The notes: a model not told the origin generated them from the sequence alone. Positions 37,895-49,983 are shown, counted from the first letter of the stretch. The stretch: DNA of 64,000 nucleotides from Myxococcales bacterium (GCA_047601445.1 JASGJH010000001.1:3680001-3744000); one strand, 5' to 3'. A program made the numbers and translations.

Positions 37895-38078
37895 GAGGCA
37901 ACTGGGCTTGCTGGGGCAAACGGCGATGCCTTGCGCCCTCACGGGCCCAAGGCACCAAAGAACTACTCGCGCGTCTGCAGGAGCTTCCAGGCTTCGACAA
38001 CCTCGCGGTGATCGCGGCGCTGGGATCCACGTCGCACGCGCGCTTCGTGGTTTGGCAGCGTGACGCTGCCGCCAACTG

Positions 38079-38300
38079 CTAGCGGAGCCAGCAGACGGCG
38101 CGATCGACCATCGATGCGGCGTAGCAGAGCGCCTGCGCGATGTCGTCGTCTTCGAGCTGTGGGTACTCGCGCTTGAGCACCGCGCGGTCCGGTTGTTCAG
38201 CCACCATCTCCACGACGCGCCTTACGGGAACGCCGAGGTTGCGGATGCAGGGCTGACCTCTCATGCAGGAAGGATCGGTCGTAATGCGGTCGAACTGCAT
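38079..38300 (-). CDS. DUF433 family (antitoxin-like) protein
   Basis: DRIT.DP..M.GQPCIRNL.VPV...EYPQLE..DI..AL.YAA. Confidence 0.85.
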   Translation of the reverse strand: MQFDRITTDPSCMRGQPCIRNLGVPVRRVVEMVAEQPDRAVLKREYPQLEDDDIAQALCYAASMVDRAVCWLR

Positions 38301-38485
38301 GGCGGGCACCATAACACGAGCGTTTGGTGGTCGTGCAATTTGCCCACATCCTGCGCAATCGAATCGGCCCAAACATGGCCAGTTCACATGACCCTGATGG
38401 ATCTCGAGCGATGCGAGAAATACAGAAGAAATGCCAGCGGATGTAGGTCTCACGCCTCCACGAATAGGGACATTGCTCACGCTGC

Positions 38486-39016
38486 TCAGTCAGCACGAAA
38501 AATTGTCGGACGATCAGGGCGCTTCGCGAACTCTGTGAGGTGTTGCGCGATGGCACTGCGCAGCTCGGTGAGCTTGGGCGTTGCTCCGCCGCCCGAGGCG
38601 ACGGTGGCCTCGAGGTAGGGATGCAGCCACGTCACGGCGGGCTCGATCTGACCGAACACTTTGGTCGGATGCGGCGGCGGCACCAGCATCGTGAGTCCTG
38701 TGAGGATGCTGCGCTGCACCGAGGCCATCAGCCCCTCGGCCAAGATCACAGTGGCCGAGGCGTTGCGGCGCGACTCGCCGAGCTTGATCAAGCGCGCCAT
38801 GCGCGAGCGTTCTTCGTGGCTCATGCGCGCGTCGCTCGGATGGATCACGACCAGCTCGACGAGCTTGTCCTGGCGCTGCATGAGCCAGCGCTCGGCGAGT
38901 GCCTGCATGCGGTCCATCTCCTCGAGCGAGACGTAGCCTTCGAAGAGATGCACGCCGAAGTTGCCCAGCACCGAGGTCCAGGCGGTAGGAAAGCGAATGA
39001 CCGGCTCCCAACCCAT
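38486..39016 (-). CDS. Hypothetical protein (myxobacterial STAS/SEC14-like)
   Basis: A.VI.AEG..AS..RS.LTGL...P.KVF..IE.AV.WL pattern. Confidence 0.6.
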   Translation of the reverse strand: MGWEPVIRFPTAWTSVLGNFGVHLFEGYVSLEEMDRMQALAERWLMQRQDKLVELVVIHPSDARMSHEERSRMARLIKLGESRRNASATVILAEGLMASVQRSILTGLTMLVPPPHPTKVFGQIEPAVTWLHPYLEATVASGGGATPKLTELRSAIAQHLTEFAKRPDRPTIFRAD

Positions 39017-39051
39017 GCTCCGCAAGGATTACATGAATCGAGCGCGGTGCC

Positions 39052-40128
39052 CTACTTCACGATCTCGCAGTAGTCCGGGAAGCTGGCTGGCAATCCCTTG
39101 GTGGCGTAAGGCGACTTGGTGATCCCGAAGGGATGGTCCTTCATGAACTGCCAGGCTGCAGCTTGCAGGTCGGCTGGCGCCTCGCAGTGACCCTGGTCGT
39201 GCTTGCACTTGACCACGAACCCGCCCTTGCTGCGCACCAGGTCGCTGAGGTTGTTGCTGGTGGTCTCGAATGCGATCCCGACCATGTCCTTGGACGGATC
39301 GCCGTACATCAAGAGCACCGGGGCGACGTAGTTCGGGGCAGTGAAGCCGAACTTGGTGGTGAGACCGCCTGAGTTGGAGGTCATGGCCGCCAGGTAGTCG
39401 CCGTGCTGGATCTCCATCACGCCCGCCATCAAACCGCCCGCGCTGCAGCCGGTGGTGTAGATGCGCTTGGGATCGATGCCGTAGTTCTTGACGGCACACG
39501 CGACGATCAAATCGGCGTACGAGAAGTCGTGGGTGGTGAACCAGACCTTGCCGCCGGTCACGTCCTTGCCATCGCGCCCCGGGGCGGGATCAGCGGGATC
39601 ATGGGGAGCCACGATCATGCCTCCCTGCGCGACGATGTCGTCCTGCACGCTTTTTGGCAGGAGCCCGCCAAAACCTGTACCGAGCTCCCAGTCCGGGCTG
39701 CTGCCCGTGCCGTGCCAGTAGATCAGCAGCGGCCCCTTGCCGTCCTTCGAGGGCGTACCCGCCACGATCTTGGTCTCGAGTCCCATGATGGTCTGCGTAC
39801 CCGACTTCAGGGACGGGCAGGTCATGGAGGCAGCCGGGATCTTCGGTCCGGCGCCGGAGGGAACCGGTGTGTCGCCGTCGCCGTCGCCAGTGCCGCCGTC
39901 GCCGGTCACATCCCCGTCACCGTCGCCCGTGGTGTCGCCGTCGCCGTCGCCGTCGCCATCGCCGTCACCATCGCCGTCCCCGTCGCCATCGCCGTCGCCG
40001 TCGCCATCCCCGTCCCCGTCGCCTTCGTCACCATCGCCGCGGCCCTCCCCGGGTTGCGGCATCGCCGTGTCACCGCAAGCGGCCACCAGTAGTGCGAGAG
40101 CCAACAGAGATCGAAGCGTGCGCTGCAT
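39052..40128 (-). CDS. Secreted esterase (PHB-depolymerase-like alpha/beta hydrolase) lipoprotein with a long (GD)n linker
   Basis: VAAC lipobox; [27 protein letters not shown]. Confidence 0.8.
   Translation of the reverse strand: MQRTLRSLLALALLVAACGDTAMPQPGEGRGDGDEGDGDGDGDGDGDGDGDGDGDGDGDGDGDGDTTGDGDGDVTGDGGTGDGDGDTPVPSGAGPKIPAASMTCPSLKSGTQTIMGLETKIVAGTPSKDGKGPLLIYWHGTGSSPDWELGTGFGGLLPKSVQDDIVAQGGMIVAPHDPADPAPGRDGKDVTGGKVWFTTHDFSYADLIVACAVKNYGIDPKRIYTTGCSAGGLMAGVMEIQHGDYLAAMTSNSGGLTTKFGFTAPNYVAPVLLMYGDPSKDMVGIAFETTSNNLSDLVRSKGGFVVKCKHDQGHCEAPADLQAAAWQFMKDHPFGITKSPYATKGLPASFPDYCEIVK
39934..40023 (-). repeat. In-frame (Gly-Asp)15 hexamer repeat
   Basis: 15 consecutive RTCNCC units on the plus strand with synonymous variation. 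Confidence 0.9.
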
Positions 40129-40328
40129 AGAGAACCTACCCCTGGTTACTGAGGGCAAGCTACTCGCGGAGAACCCGTGAAAGGAAGGCCCAAGCGGGTC
40201 ATGAACCCTACTTTTTCCGAGAGTTTCTGCAAAAAGCCAGCCGCAGCATACCTCGCGCGGCAAGCTCCCCAGGAAGCCGTGAGGCGGCGCGTGAGCCCAG
40301 CTACGCTTCGTGGGTCAAGCTCCCCTCG

Positions 40329-41414
40329 ATGACCCTGGAGCAACTGCTGGGCTTCGCCTTATCTCGCTCGCTTTTTCCCCCGACCACCCTGCGAGCCGCC
40401 ATCGAGCGCCTGGGGTTCGTACAGGCCGACCCGATCCGCGCCCCCGCCCGCGCCCAGGACCTGATGCTGCGCCAACGGGTGCGCGACTACCGCGCCGGAG
40501 ATCTCGAGCGTCACTACGGGAAGCTGGGCATCGAAGAGGACTTCTTCGTGAACTACGGCTTCGTACCGCGCTCGGTGCACGCGCTGATGCACCCCCGCAA
40601 GGCGCGCACGCCCTGGAGCGCAGTCACGAGTCGGCGCGCGAAGGCCTTGCTGGCGTTCGTCGGAAAGCACGGCGAGGTTCACCCGCGCGAGGTGGACGCG
40701 CACTTCGCGCACGGCACGGTGACGAACTACTGGGGCGGCAGCTCCAGCGCGACCACCCACTTGCTCGATGCCATGCACTACCGCGGACTCTTGCGGGTGG
40801 TGCGCAGGGAGCGGGGCGTACGCATCTACGGCCTGCGCACGCAGAGCACGGCGCTGTCGGTGGCGACCCAGCGCGCCAATTTGGATGCCTTGATCGACGT
40901 GATCGTGTCGACCTATGCGCCGCTGCCCGCTCGCAGCTTGAACGCGCTCCTCGCGCGTATGCGCTACGCCACGCCTCAGTGGGTGGGTCAACTCAAGGCC
41001 GCCATCGATCGGGCCAAGCAGCGCTTGGCGCACGCCCACCTCGAGGGAGTCACATGGTATTGGCCCGCAGACGAGGACCCCGCCCGCGCGCCGGAGCAGA
41101 ACTCGGACGAGAGCTTGCGCTTGCTGGCACCGTTCGATCCCGTGGTCTGGGATCGACGCCGGTTCGAGATCTTTTGGGGCTGGGACTATCGGTTCGAAGC
41201 TTATACGCCAGTCTCCAAACGGCGCTTCGGCTACTACGCTTTGCCGCTGCTCTGGCGCACACGTGTGATCGGTTGGGGCAATCTGGTCGCCCAGGGCGAC
41301 GAGCTCGACGCCAGTTTTGGGTACGTTCGCGGCAGCGCGCCGCGGGATCGTGACTTCAAGCGAGAGCTCGAGCGCGAACTCGAACGGGTTCGCGGGTTCC
41401 TCACGCCACGCTGA
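40329..41414 (+). CDS. YcaQ/AlkZ-like winged-helix DNA glycosylase (crosslink repair)
   Basis: LGFVQADPI...AQDL, LLAPFDPVVWDR, YRFEAYTP..KR.FGYYALP. Confidence 0.9.
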   Translation: MTLEQLLGFALSRSLFPPTTLRAAIERLGFVQADPIRAPARAQDLMLRQRVRDYRAGDLERHYGKLGIEEDFFVNYGFVPRSVHALMHPRKARTPWSAVTSRRAKALLAFVGKHGEVHPREVDAHFAHGTVTNYWGGSSSATTHLLDAMHYRGLLRVVRRERGVRIYGLRTQSTALSVATQRANLDALIDVIVSTYAPLPARSLNALLARMRYATPQWVGQLKAAIDRAKQRLAHAHLEGVTWYWPADEDPARAPEQNSDESLRLLAPFDPVVWDRRRFEIFWGWDYRFEAYTPVSKRRFGYYALPLLWRTRVIGWGNLVAQGDELDASFGYVRGSAPRDRDFKRELERELERVRGFLTPR

Positions 41415-41556
41415 TCGCACCGATGCCTCCCCCGTGAGAGGCGCTCGCGTTCGGCTGTGCTCGTCGCGTCCACCGCGCTGCTCGTCGGCACGGCCCGTGT
41501 ATGCGGGCAGACCGGGTTCATTCGAACACATCGTTCGAACTCGGAATGGAGTACCG

Positions 41557-42186
41557 ATGTCGAGCACACGACTCAGCACCCTCGCCATGTGTCTTCTCCT
41601 CGGAGCATGCGGCGACGACTCGAGCGGCGACAACAGCCAGGAGCAAGAGCCCAGCACGACGGGCGACGGGGATGGCGATGGCGGTGGCACGGGCATCGAC
41701 GCGGGCACGGAACCCACCGTGGACGCCGGCACCACCCCACGAGACGCGGGAACGACTCGACCCGACGCTGGCGCGACGCGCGACGCGGGCACCCCTCCGC
41801 GTGCGGATGCCGGCACGCGCGACGCAGGGACGCCCACACGCGACGCAGGAGCCACGCCCGACGCGCCGACCTTCGCGCAGGTCTATGCGATCCTGAGCAC
41901 GCAGTGCAGCCCGTGCCACACCGAGGCCGACAATGGCAACCTCGACATGTCGACGCGTGCCAAGGCCTTCACGAACTTGGTGGGAAAGGCGGCCGCGGGC
42001 CCCTCGTGCGCGGGCATGGGACGCGTGCGCGTGATCGCCGGCAACGCCGACGACAGCCTGCTCGTACACAAGCTCGAGGGCACGCAAGACTGCGGTAGTC
42101 GCATGCCGCGCAACCGTACGCCGTTGCCCGCGGCGTCCATCGATCGCATCCGGGCCTGGATCGACGCCGGGGCCAAGAACAACTGA
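41557..42186 (+). CDS. Monoheme c-type cytochrome lipoprotein with DAG-repeat linker
   Basis: LGAC lipobox; CSPCH heme motif; SLLVHKL, G.RMP, IRAWIDAGA. Confidence 0.8.
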   Translation: MSSTRLSTLAMCLLLGACGDDSSGDNSQEQEPSTTGDGDGDGGGTGIDAGTEPTVDAGTTPRDAGTTRPDAGATRDAGTPPRADAGTRDAGTPTRDAGATPDAPTFAQVYAILSTQCSPCHTEADNGNLDMSTRAKAFTNLVGKAAAGPSCAGMGRVRVIAGNADDSLLVHKLEGTQDCGSRMPRNRTPLPAASIDRIRAWIDAGAKNN

Positions 42187-42302
42187 GCGGACGCAACGGG
42201 CTCGCGCAAGCTTGTAAGAAGGCTTGGTTTGTGACCCGATCCTCCACGCTCGGCATACGAACGAATGCCCTGCCAGGCACTTACCTGGCTGCGTTGTGGG
42301 GG

Positions 42303-43505
<1,203 letters not shown>

Positions 43506-43507
43506 GG

Positions 43508-43810
43508 CTATCGCTCGATACACCCACCCCAAGTGGACACCATCTTGTCGGCTACCTGACCAGCGAGCTCCTGGGAGCCCTGACCGTGGCCGATGTACAA
43601 GACGACCCACGAGGGCAACGAACAGCGCAGGTTGGGCACGACGTGCATCTCCGGATCCACGGGCTCCACGCAGGCGTAGACCGATGCCGAGCCACGCTCG
43701 AACACACCTTGATAGAGGTGGTCTTGCCAAAGCCCGCCTTGCGACACGACGAACTCGCGCAACGTGGGGCGATCGATCTCGGAAGGAGTGAGGACGAGTT
43801 GGCTATCCAT
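43508..43810 (-). CDS. Hypothetical protein
   Basis: GGAG RBS; fills the gap; no recognisable motif. Confidence 0.5.
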   Translation of the reverse strand: MDSQLVLTPSEIDRPTLREFVVSQGGLWQDHLYQGVFERGSASVYACVEPVDPEMHVVPNLRCSLPSWVVLYIGHGQGSQELAGQVADKMVSTWGGCIER

Positions 43811-43941
43811 GGCTGACGCTCCGCGGTGGTGCTCCCTGTGTTACCGAAGCAAAGGAACCGGTATTGTAGATTTCAGCACTGTGCGCGCCTGAAGCGCAGT
43901 CGAGGGCCCTCGAGCAGCTCGAACCTTGATGAGCATTCGCA

Positions 43942-44829
43942 CTAGGTCCCAACCCAGCGCGAGACCATGCCGAGCATCTGATACAGCTTCTGCTCTCGAC
44001 CCGGCAGTGCGCTCTGCCCCGACGCGTCCGCGCCGATCGGGCTGAATGCTTGACGACGTTCGATGAACTTGACCGGCGGATGCCCCACCAGATCGCGGAA
44101 TTCGTGGATCATGTGGGCCTGATCGGCGTACCCGCTGCGCACCGCAAGCTCGGCCCAATCGAGGACGCTAGGGTCGGCCATGCGCGCGATGGTGGCGCGG
44201 ATGCGGGCGACGCGCGCCTGTTGCTTGGGAGTCAGCCCGACACCTTGGTCGAACTTCTGCAGCAGAGCTCGCTGTGAGTACCCGGAGCGCTCAATGATTT
44301 CACTCACACGGAGGCGCCCTCCGCTCTGCTCGATGAGATTCGAAGCGGCCACGGCGACGGGGTCGTAGCCCAGTCCCCGCTGCACGCGGCGTGCGAGCTC
44401 CTGCTGGAAGATCGTCACGCGCTCGCGGGTGCTCGGCGCCTCGGCCATGCGCTCGGCGATCAGGTCGGCGTCGCGCCCCCAGATTTCCGTGAGCGAGAGG
44501 GTGCTGTCGCGAACTTCTTTGGCGGGTACACCGAGCAACGCCCCCAGCCCGCCCGCGCGCACCTTCACGGCCACCATCTCGCCGCACTCGCCCAGGGTAC
44601 CGAAGGACTTCGAGTGCGGTCCCTCGCAGAACAATCCCGTCGCGGTGCGCGCGCTGCTGTTGCGCCGCACGTCGGCTGCGTAATAGAGCGTGGTGCGCGC
44701 GTTGGGGACCCGCTGGACCTGCTGCCCGTTGCGGTAGCGATAGTCCGGCAGCACGAGCCCGAAGTCGAGGATGGAGCTCAGGGCACGCAGCGGGCGGAAG
44801 AAGCCGCGCGCCGACTGGCCCTCGCTCAT
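43942..44829 (-). CDS. AraC-type HTH transcriptional regulator
   Basis: VGLTPKQ..RV.R, WAELA...GYADQAHMIHEFR. Confidence 0.88.
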   Translation of the reverse strand: MSEGQSARGFFRPLRALSSILDFGLVLPDYRYRNGQQVQRVPNARTTLYYAADVRRNSSARTATGLFCEGPHSKSFGTLGECGEMVAVKVRAGGLGALLGVPAKEVRDSTLSLTEIWGRDADLIAERMAEAPSTRERVTIFQQELARRVQRGLGYDPVAVAASNLIEQSGGRLRVSEIIERSGYSQRALLQKFDQGVGLTPKQQARVARIRATIARMADPSVLDWAELAVRSGYADQAHMIHEFRDLVGHPPVKFIERRQAFSPIGADASGQSALPGREQKLYQMLGMVSRWVGT

Positions 44830-45075
44830 GAGTCCCCCCTCAATCACTTCTTACTTTGTACACCAAAGCAGGGCTTCACTTCAGGTCTTCGCAGAGCTGA
44901 AGCGAGTTCCTCAGGTGCTCCGAAGCTCTTGCCGCATGACCGTCCGGCCAAGCTACGGGGCGGCAGCCTGCCCGCAAGGGCACCGAGCCCCGCCGAACGT
45001 GGGCCCTCGGAGCGAAAATTCCACACTTCTGCCGCGCGCCCGCCAAGGATGGCCGTCCGGCGGGCATAGAGTCGC

Positions 45076-46092
45076 ATGAACCGCATTTCCGATTTCGGTC
45101 CTCTTTCGAGCTTCACTTACTGCCTGCACCGTGGTTCAGGGGCGACCTCCCTGGCCCTGATGTTGGCCGCCCTACTCTCCGCGTGCTCCGCGACTCCAGC
45201 CAACCAGGGTTCGACCCCCGGACTCGACGGCGGCAACGGGGACGGCGACGGGGATGGGGATGGCGACGGCGACGGGGATGGCGACGAGGATTCCTGCAAG
45301 GCGGGCGAGACCGACTCCTGCCTGTGCACCAATGGCACCGATATCGGCACGCGCGGCTGCGTGGACGGCAAGTTCGGGGGAGCGTGCACCAACTGCATGA
45401 CTCCCGTGAATGGCTTGCCCTGTCAGCCCGGGCGCTACACCGGCGAGTTCGTCATCCTCAAGTACCTCCCGCGCGCGGCTAGCCTGTGCGGCTTCTACGC
45501 GGCCTTCGGCGGCAGCGGCATGGGCACCTTCCAGTTCACCCTGGGCAGCGGCGCCCCGGGCTCGGAGTTCATCGATGTGGTGGCCACCGAGAGCTGCCTC
45601 GAGCTGATCACCTCGGGCGCGGCCGACGGTGGACTCCAGGCGCCCGATGCAGGGGCTGAGATCAATGGGGAGATCGCAGACGCGGGCGGGAACAAGACCA
45701 TGGGGGCGCAGACGCTCGGCCTCGAGGGCACGGTGGACTGCGCCACGGGCGAGCTCAAGGGCATCCTCAAGGGCACCTACTATGCTCCGCTGAGCGTGTG
45801 TGGCGGCTTCACGGGGAGTCCCGAGGAGGAGTACTACTCGATCAAGGGCACGCTCACGGCCAAGTACAACCCAACCACGCAGACCTTCGACGACGGCTAC
45901 ATCGATCTGCAGGAGCCGATGAACGACCTCTTCTGGGCGCTCCCAGTCGGCGACCGCTTCGGCGGTGACGGCACGTGGCACGGCAAGCTGGACCCGCAAG
46001 CGCCCGCACCCGAGAAAAAGGACGCTTGCTACGACACGGCCCACTGGAAGGACTTCATGCTGGTGCCGCGGACCAAGCCTGCCACGCCCTGA
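45076..46092 (+). CDS. Hypothetical Cys-rich lipoprotein with (GD)8 linker
   Basis: LSAC lipobox; GD run at 45238-45285; start may be 45160. Confidence 0.7.
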   Translation: MNRISDFGPLSSFTYCLHRGSGATSLALMLAALLSACSATPANQGSTPGLDGGNGDGDGDGDGDGDGDGDEDSCKAGETDSCLCTNGTDIGTRGCVDGKFGGACTNCMTPVNGLPCQPGRYTGEFVILKYLPRAASLCGFYAAFGGSGMGTFQFTLGSGAPGSEFIDVVATESCLELITSGAADGGLQAPDAGAEINGEIADAGGNKTMGAQTLGLEGTVDCATGELKGILKGTYYAPLSVCGGFTGSPEEEYYSIKGTLTAKYNPTTQTFDDGYIDLQEPMNDLFWALPVGDRFGGDGTWHGKLDPQAPAPEKKDACYDTAHWKDFMLVPRTKPATP

Positions 46093-46163
46093 AGGCCCCG
46101 GGACCTGGACTTGAGGGCTGTTCGGGGCCACCTTCTCCTCTCGTTTCGGAGGGGGACCTGCCC

Positions 46164-46790
46164 ATGCACGATGAAGAAGAGACGCCAGCGCAAATCCCGA
46201 TGCCGGTCGTGGTGGAAACCACTCACAAGGGCGAGCGCACCTGGGACGTCTACAGTCGGTTACTCAAGGATCGCATCGTGTTCCTGGGCACCCAGGTGAA
46301 CGACACCGTGGCCAACTTGATCATCGCGCAGCTCCTGTTCTTGGAGAGCGATGATCCCGACAAAGAGGTCACGATCTACATCAACAGTCCGGGCGGCTCC
46401 ATCACGGCGGGGCTCGCGATCTACGACACCATGCAATACGTGCGCTGCCCGGTAGCCACGGTGGTGGTGGGTCAGGCTGCCTCGATGGGCGCTCTGCTCC
46501 TGTGTGCCGGCGCGGCCGGGCGGAGGCGCGCGGTGCCCAATGCCCGCGTGATGATCCACCAGCCCCTGGGCGGCTATCAGGGACAGCAGACGGACATCGA
46601 GATCCATGCTCGCGAGATCCTCGACGTGCGCAGGCGCGTCAACGAGATCATGGCGCACCACACCGGTCAGAGCGTGGACAAGGTCAAGGTCGACACCGAG
46701 CGCGATCGCTTCCTCAGCGCCGAGGAAGCCAAGGCCTACGGGCTCATCGACCAGGTGATCTTCCCGCAGGACCTGAAGGCAAAGCGCTAA
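46164..46790 (+). CDS. clpP: ATP-dependent Clp protease proteolytic subunit
   Basis: [49 protein letters not shown]. Confidence 0.97.
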   Translation: MHDEEETPAQIPMPVVVETTHKGERTWDVYSRLLKDRIVFLGTQVNDTVANLIIAQLLFLESDDPDKEVTIYINSPGGSITAGLAIYDTMQYVRCPVATVVVGQAASMGALLLCAGAAGRRRAVPNARVMIHQPLGGYQGQQTDIEIHAREILDVRRRVNEIMAHHTGQSVDKVKVDTERDRFLSAEEAKAYGLIDQVIFPQDLKAKR

Positions 46791-46838
46791 GGCCTCCGCA
46801 CACAGTTGGTCGACCGACGCTTGCTCGTCGTGAGCATC

Positions 46839-46955
46839 GTGGTGGACGTGAACCTTGACGGCGACGGTGTGCGGCTACGCCCTCGCGGTTGCCGTTCAGA
46901 CGCCTTGCGCTCACGCACGCCGTCGCCGCTCATGTCCACGTCGCCGACCAAGTCC
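46839..46955. repeat. REP-like inverted pair between convergent genes
   Basis: Same two units as 19886-20030 in swapped order; shared gtccacgtcgccgaccaagtcc. Confidence 0.75.
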
Positions 46956-46981
46956 AGGACAAGGAGCAAGTCAGCTGCCTG

Positions 46982-47566
46982 TTAGGGCAACCACTCCTGC
47001 CCCGTCTCGCAGTCCACGTGGCGCAGTGAGAGCTTGCCTGCTTTGACCTCGAGCATGCCGAACAGGATCGGCAGGTGCATGCGGCGCGGGCCGATGGAGC
47101 CGGGATTGAACACGGTGAGGCCGCGGTCGCGCCCGATGAAGGGCACGTGGGAGTGGCCGCACACGATGAGCTTGGCTCCCTGATCGTGCGCGAGCTTGGC
47201 CGCGTCGGCGCGGATCTTGGGTCCGTAGACCGCGATGTGCATCAGCAGCAGCTTGAGTGCGCTCTGGCCTGCCGATTGGATGTCGATGGTGATGACTTCC
47301 GGCAAGTCCCTGGCGCGCTCGTCGATGTTGCCGCGCACGGCGATCACGGGCGCGAACTTGCCGAGTCCGTCGAGCACGCCGAGGTCGCCGATGTCACCTG
47401 CATGAAGGATGGCGTCGGGGGCCATGGCCGTGAGGTGTTCGGCCGTCTTGGGGTGCGGGTGACTGTGGGTATCCGCGACGATGGCGATCTTGATTTCACC
47501 CTGGGCATCCAGGGTGAGCGTGGCCTCTCCCTGCGAGAGCACGGCCGTCCTGCTTTTCTTCTGCAC
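46982..47566 (-). CDS. Metallophosphoesterase (YfcE/MJ0936 family)
   Basis: DTH, HAGD, VRGN.D, GHSH.P, NPGS. Confidence 0.9.
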   Translation of the reverse strand: MQKKSRTAVLSQGEATLTLDAQGEIKIAIVADTHSHPHPKTAEHLTAMAPDAILHAGDIGDLGVLDGLGKFAPVIAVRGNIDERARDLPEVITIDIQSAGQSALKLLLMHIAVYGPKIRADAAKLAHDQGAKLIVCGHSHVPFIGRDRGLTVFNPGSIGPRRMHLPILFGMLEVKAGKLSLRHVDCETGQEWLP

Positions 47567-47745
47567 ACGCACCCACCTCTTATGCCGCAGATCCTGCGTG
47601 AAGTCCGCTCCGCGAGAACGTAGGCAGCGGATTTTTCTCAGATCGCGCCGCACGCAATGGGCCTCGATTCGCGCGCACTGGCGCATTGTGGTCGAATTTC
47701 CGTTTGGGGCTGGCTTATGGTGCTCCCTCAGTCGGGAGGATCAGC

Positions 47746-48297
47746 ATGAAGCGGAGACAGTTCGTTACGAGCACGACCACGACTCTTCTCTTGAGCCCAC
47801 TGCTCGCCAGCCTGGTCGCGTGCGGCGATGACGAACCCGAGAGTCCGGGAACCAACCTGGACGCCGGCAAGCATGGGGACGGTGATGGCGACGGCGACGG
47901 CGACGGCGATGGGGACGGCGACGGTGACGTGACCGCGGGAGATGGAGACGCGGACAAGGACGCCGGAGCCACCGGCGGCGGAAACCACGATGCGGGCACG
48001 CATCCTTCCGACGCGGGCACGTCGGGCACACCGAAGTGCGCGAACGGCGCCAAGGACACGATGGTCAGCGATCAACACACGGGCAGTTATGCTCACCACG
48101 TGACGATCCCCAAGGCCGACTTGAGCGCCAGCGGCAGCAAGACCTACACGTCCACGGGCTCGGCCCACACCCACAAGATCACGCTGACCGCAGCGCAGCT
48201 CGCCATGCTCGCCGCGGGCAAGAGCGTGACGGTCACCTCCACGAAGGACATGGGCGTCGACCTCCACGACCACATGTTCACCGTGTCCTGCGCCTGA
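47746..48297 (+). CDS. Tat-exported lipoprotein with (GD)9 linker and His-rich metal-binding-like domain
   Basis: MKRRQF twin-Arg signal and LVAC lipobox; HHVTI, HTH, HDH; GGGAGG RBS. Confidence 0.78.
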   Translation: MKRRQFVTSTTTTLLLSPLLASLVACGDDEPESPGTNLDAGKHGDGDGDGDGDGDGDGDGDVTAGDGDADKDAGATGGGNHDAGTHPSDAGTSGTPKCANGAKDTMVSDQHTGSYAHHVTIPKADLSASGSKTYTSTGSAHTHKITLTAAQLAMLAAGKSVTVTSTKDMGVDLHDHMFTVSCA

Positions 48298-48312
48298 GCG
48301 CGCGCTCGGAGC

Positions 48313-48981
48313 TCACATCACGGGGTGGAGCAAGATCACCGTGGGCGTCCAGATCAAATGGGAGATCAGCGGCGCCAACACCGAGTCGGTGAGCTTTCGC
48401 TCCACGGTCCAGATCAATCCGCACACGGCCGCGATGGCGCCCAGCACCCAGGCCCCCGTGCCGAGCTGCGCCAGGGCGTAACTGCCGATGCACACGCTCC
48501 ACGCAACGGCCAGCGAGGTCTTGCGCTCGAGGGCCTCGAGCAAGGCGCCGCGCCAGAGCAGCTCCTCGGCCACGATGATCACGCAAACCCACGCGAGCTC
48601 CACGTGCAATGGAGCCGTGGACGCGGAGCGGTAGAGCGCGCTCACTTGTTGCTCGAGCCCCGGGATCAAGCCCGCTGCCAGTCGGTACGCGGGATAGGTC
48701 GCGAGCGTCATCGCCAGGCCCACCAACAGCCCCACCACGACCACGCGCGTGCTCGGCGCGAGCCAACGGGCGATCGCGTGGGGACGCAGCAGCCACAGCA
48801 CCGTGCTCACAGCGAGCGCGTACGGGCCGAGTACCGAGTACATGTCGGCGCCGCCGAACTGACGCATCAACAGGAACCACACGCTCACCAGGCCTGCCAA
48901 GACCCAGCGCATGCGCCTGCCGGCGCGCCGGGAGCGCGTGCTCGAGTGCGCCGAGTGCGCTGCGGAGGGTGTTCCTTGCAT
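48313..48981 (-). CDS. CPBP (Abi/CAAX) family intramembrane protease
   Basis: AEELLWRG, ISHLIWT; motif 2 His replaced (YALAQ). Confidence 0.78.
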   Translation of the reverse strand: MQGTPSAAHSAHSSTRSRRAGRRMRWVLAGLVSVWFLLMRQFGGADMYSVLGPYALAVSTVLWLLRPHAIARWLAPSTRVVVVGLLVGLAMTLATYPAYRLAAGLIPGLEQQVSALYRSASTAPLHVELAWVCVIIVAEELLWRGALLEALERKTSLAVAWSVCIGSYALAQLGTGAWVLGAIAAVCGLIWTVERKLTDSVLAPLISHLIWTPTVILLHPVM

Positions 48982-48990
48982 GGTCGAGCG

Positions 48991-49983
48991 TCACGGGTGT
49001 GCGCGGTGGCGTGCGCGGGCTTGCAAGCCGCCTATGCGGTGAGCGATGGACTCCCCGAGCTGAGCCTTGAGCGAGATGGGCCCTTGTTCCTCGCTCAGTG
49101 CGCGCCGTACGGCCTCGTCGAAGGAAAGTCGACGGTACTCCGGGAACAGTTCCCATAGCCCCTGGTCGGGTGCGACGAGATCGTGGGTGAGCCCCTGCAC
49201 GAGCTGTGAAGCCACGCGGCTGTCGGCGCGCGTGACCCATTGGATCCAGAAGCTCGACAGCTTGGGGGTCAAGAAGGGCACGCCGAGCATGGACGGTGAG
49301 AGGCCCATGCATTGCGCCGTGCGCTCGAGGATCTGACGGCCAGACATCACCTCGGGGCCGGGCAGCGCGAGCACCTGGCTGGCTGGCAAAGGCAAGGAGA
49401 GCGCATAAGCCAACGCGTTGGCGACGTCGCGGATGGCGATCGGCTCCGTGCGAGTCTCGAGCCAGCGCGGCAGCACCATCAAGGGCAAGCGCGCTGCCAA
49501 GTCGCGCACCATGCGGAAGCTCTCGCTGCCCGCGCCGATGATCATCGAGGCCTGCAGCTCCAGCGTCGGCACGGGACCCCGGCGCAGGATCTCGCCCGTG
49601 TTCAAGCGACTGCGCAAGTGGAGCGACGGCTCGCCACGCGGACGCGGCCCTCCGAGGTAAACGATGCGCTCGACGCCCGCGTCCCTGGCCGCCATGCGGA
49701 ACGTCTCGGCCTGACGTGCCTCCACCTGGGCGTAGTCTTGGTAGTCGGCCATACCATGCACCAGGTAGAAGGCAGCGCTGCAGCCCTCCAGGGCGCGCCG
49801 CACGGACGCCGCGTCCAGCAGATCGACGCGCACCAACTCGGTGTCCGTGAGCTGGCGTCGCGCACGCTCCGGGTCACGCGTGGCGCCCACCACCTCGTAG
49901 CCCGCGCTCGCAAGGTGCGATCGCAAATGGCCGCCCACGAAGCCCGTGATGCCAGTGACCAGGATTCTCGCGTCCTGCTGCAT
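48991..49983 (-). CDS. NAD(P)-binding epimerase/dehydratase (YbjT-like)
   Basis: VTGITGFVG, YLVH.M, S.HLRSR, IIGAGSESF, P.AI.D. Confidence 0.88.
   Translation of the reverse strand: MQQDARILVTGITGFVGGHLRSHLASAGYEVVGATRDPERARRQLTDTELVRVDLLDAASVRRALEGCSAAFYLVHGMADYQDYAQVEARQAETFRMAARDAGVERIVYLGGPRPRGEPSLHLRSRLNTGEILRRGPVPTLELQASMIIGAGSESFRMVRDLAARLPLMVLPRWLETRTEPIAIRDVANALAYALSLPLPASQVLALPGPEVMSGRQILERTAQCMGLSPSMLGVPFLTPKLSSFWIQWVTRADSRVASQLVQGLTHDLVAPDQGLWELFPEYRRLSFDEAVRRALSEEQGPISLKAQLGESIAHRIGGLQARARHRAHP

Noticed and set aside
39737..40180. (Ser-Pro)n and poly-Arg ORFs
   Set aside because: Alternative-strand readings of the GD-repeat DNA.
48313..48981. CPBP protease as immunity or maturation factor for the peptides
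   Set aside because: More than 12 kb from either locus and co-oriented with a YbjT-like gene; no supporting link.
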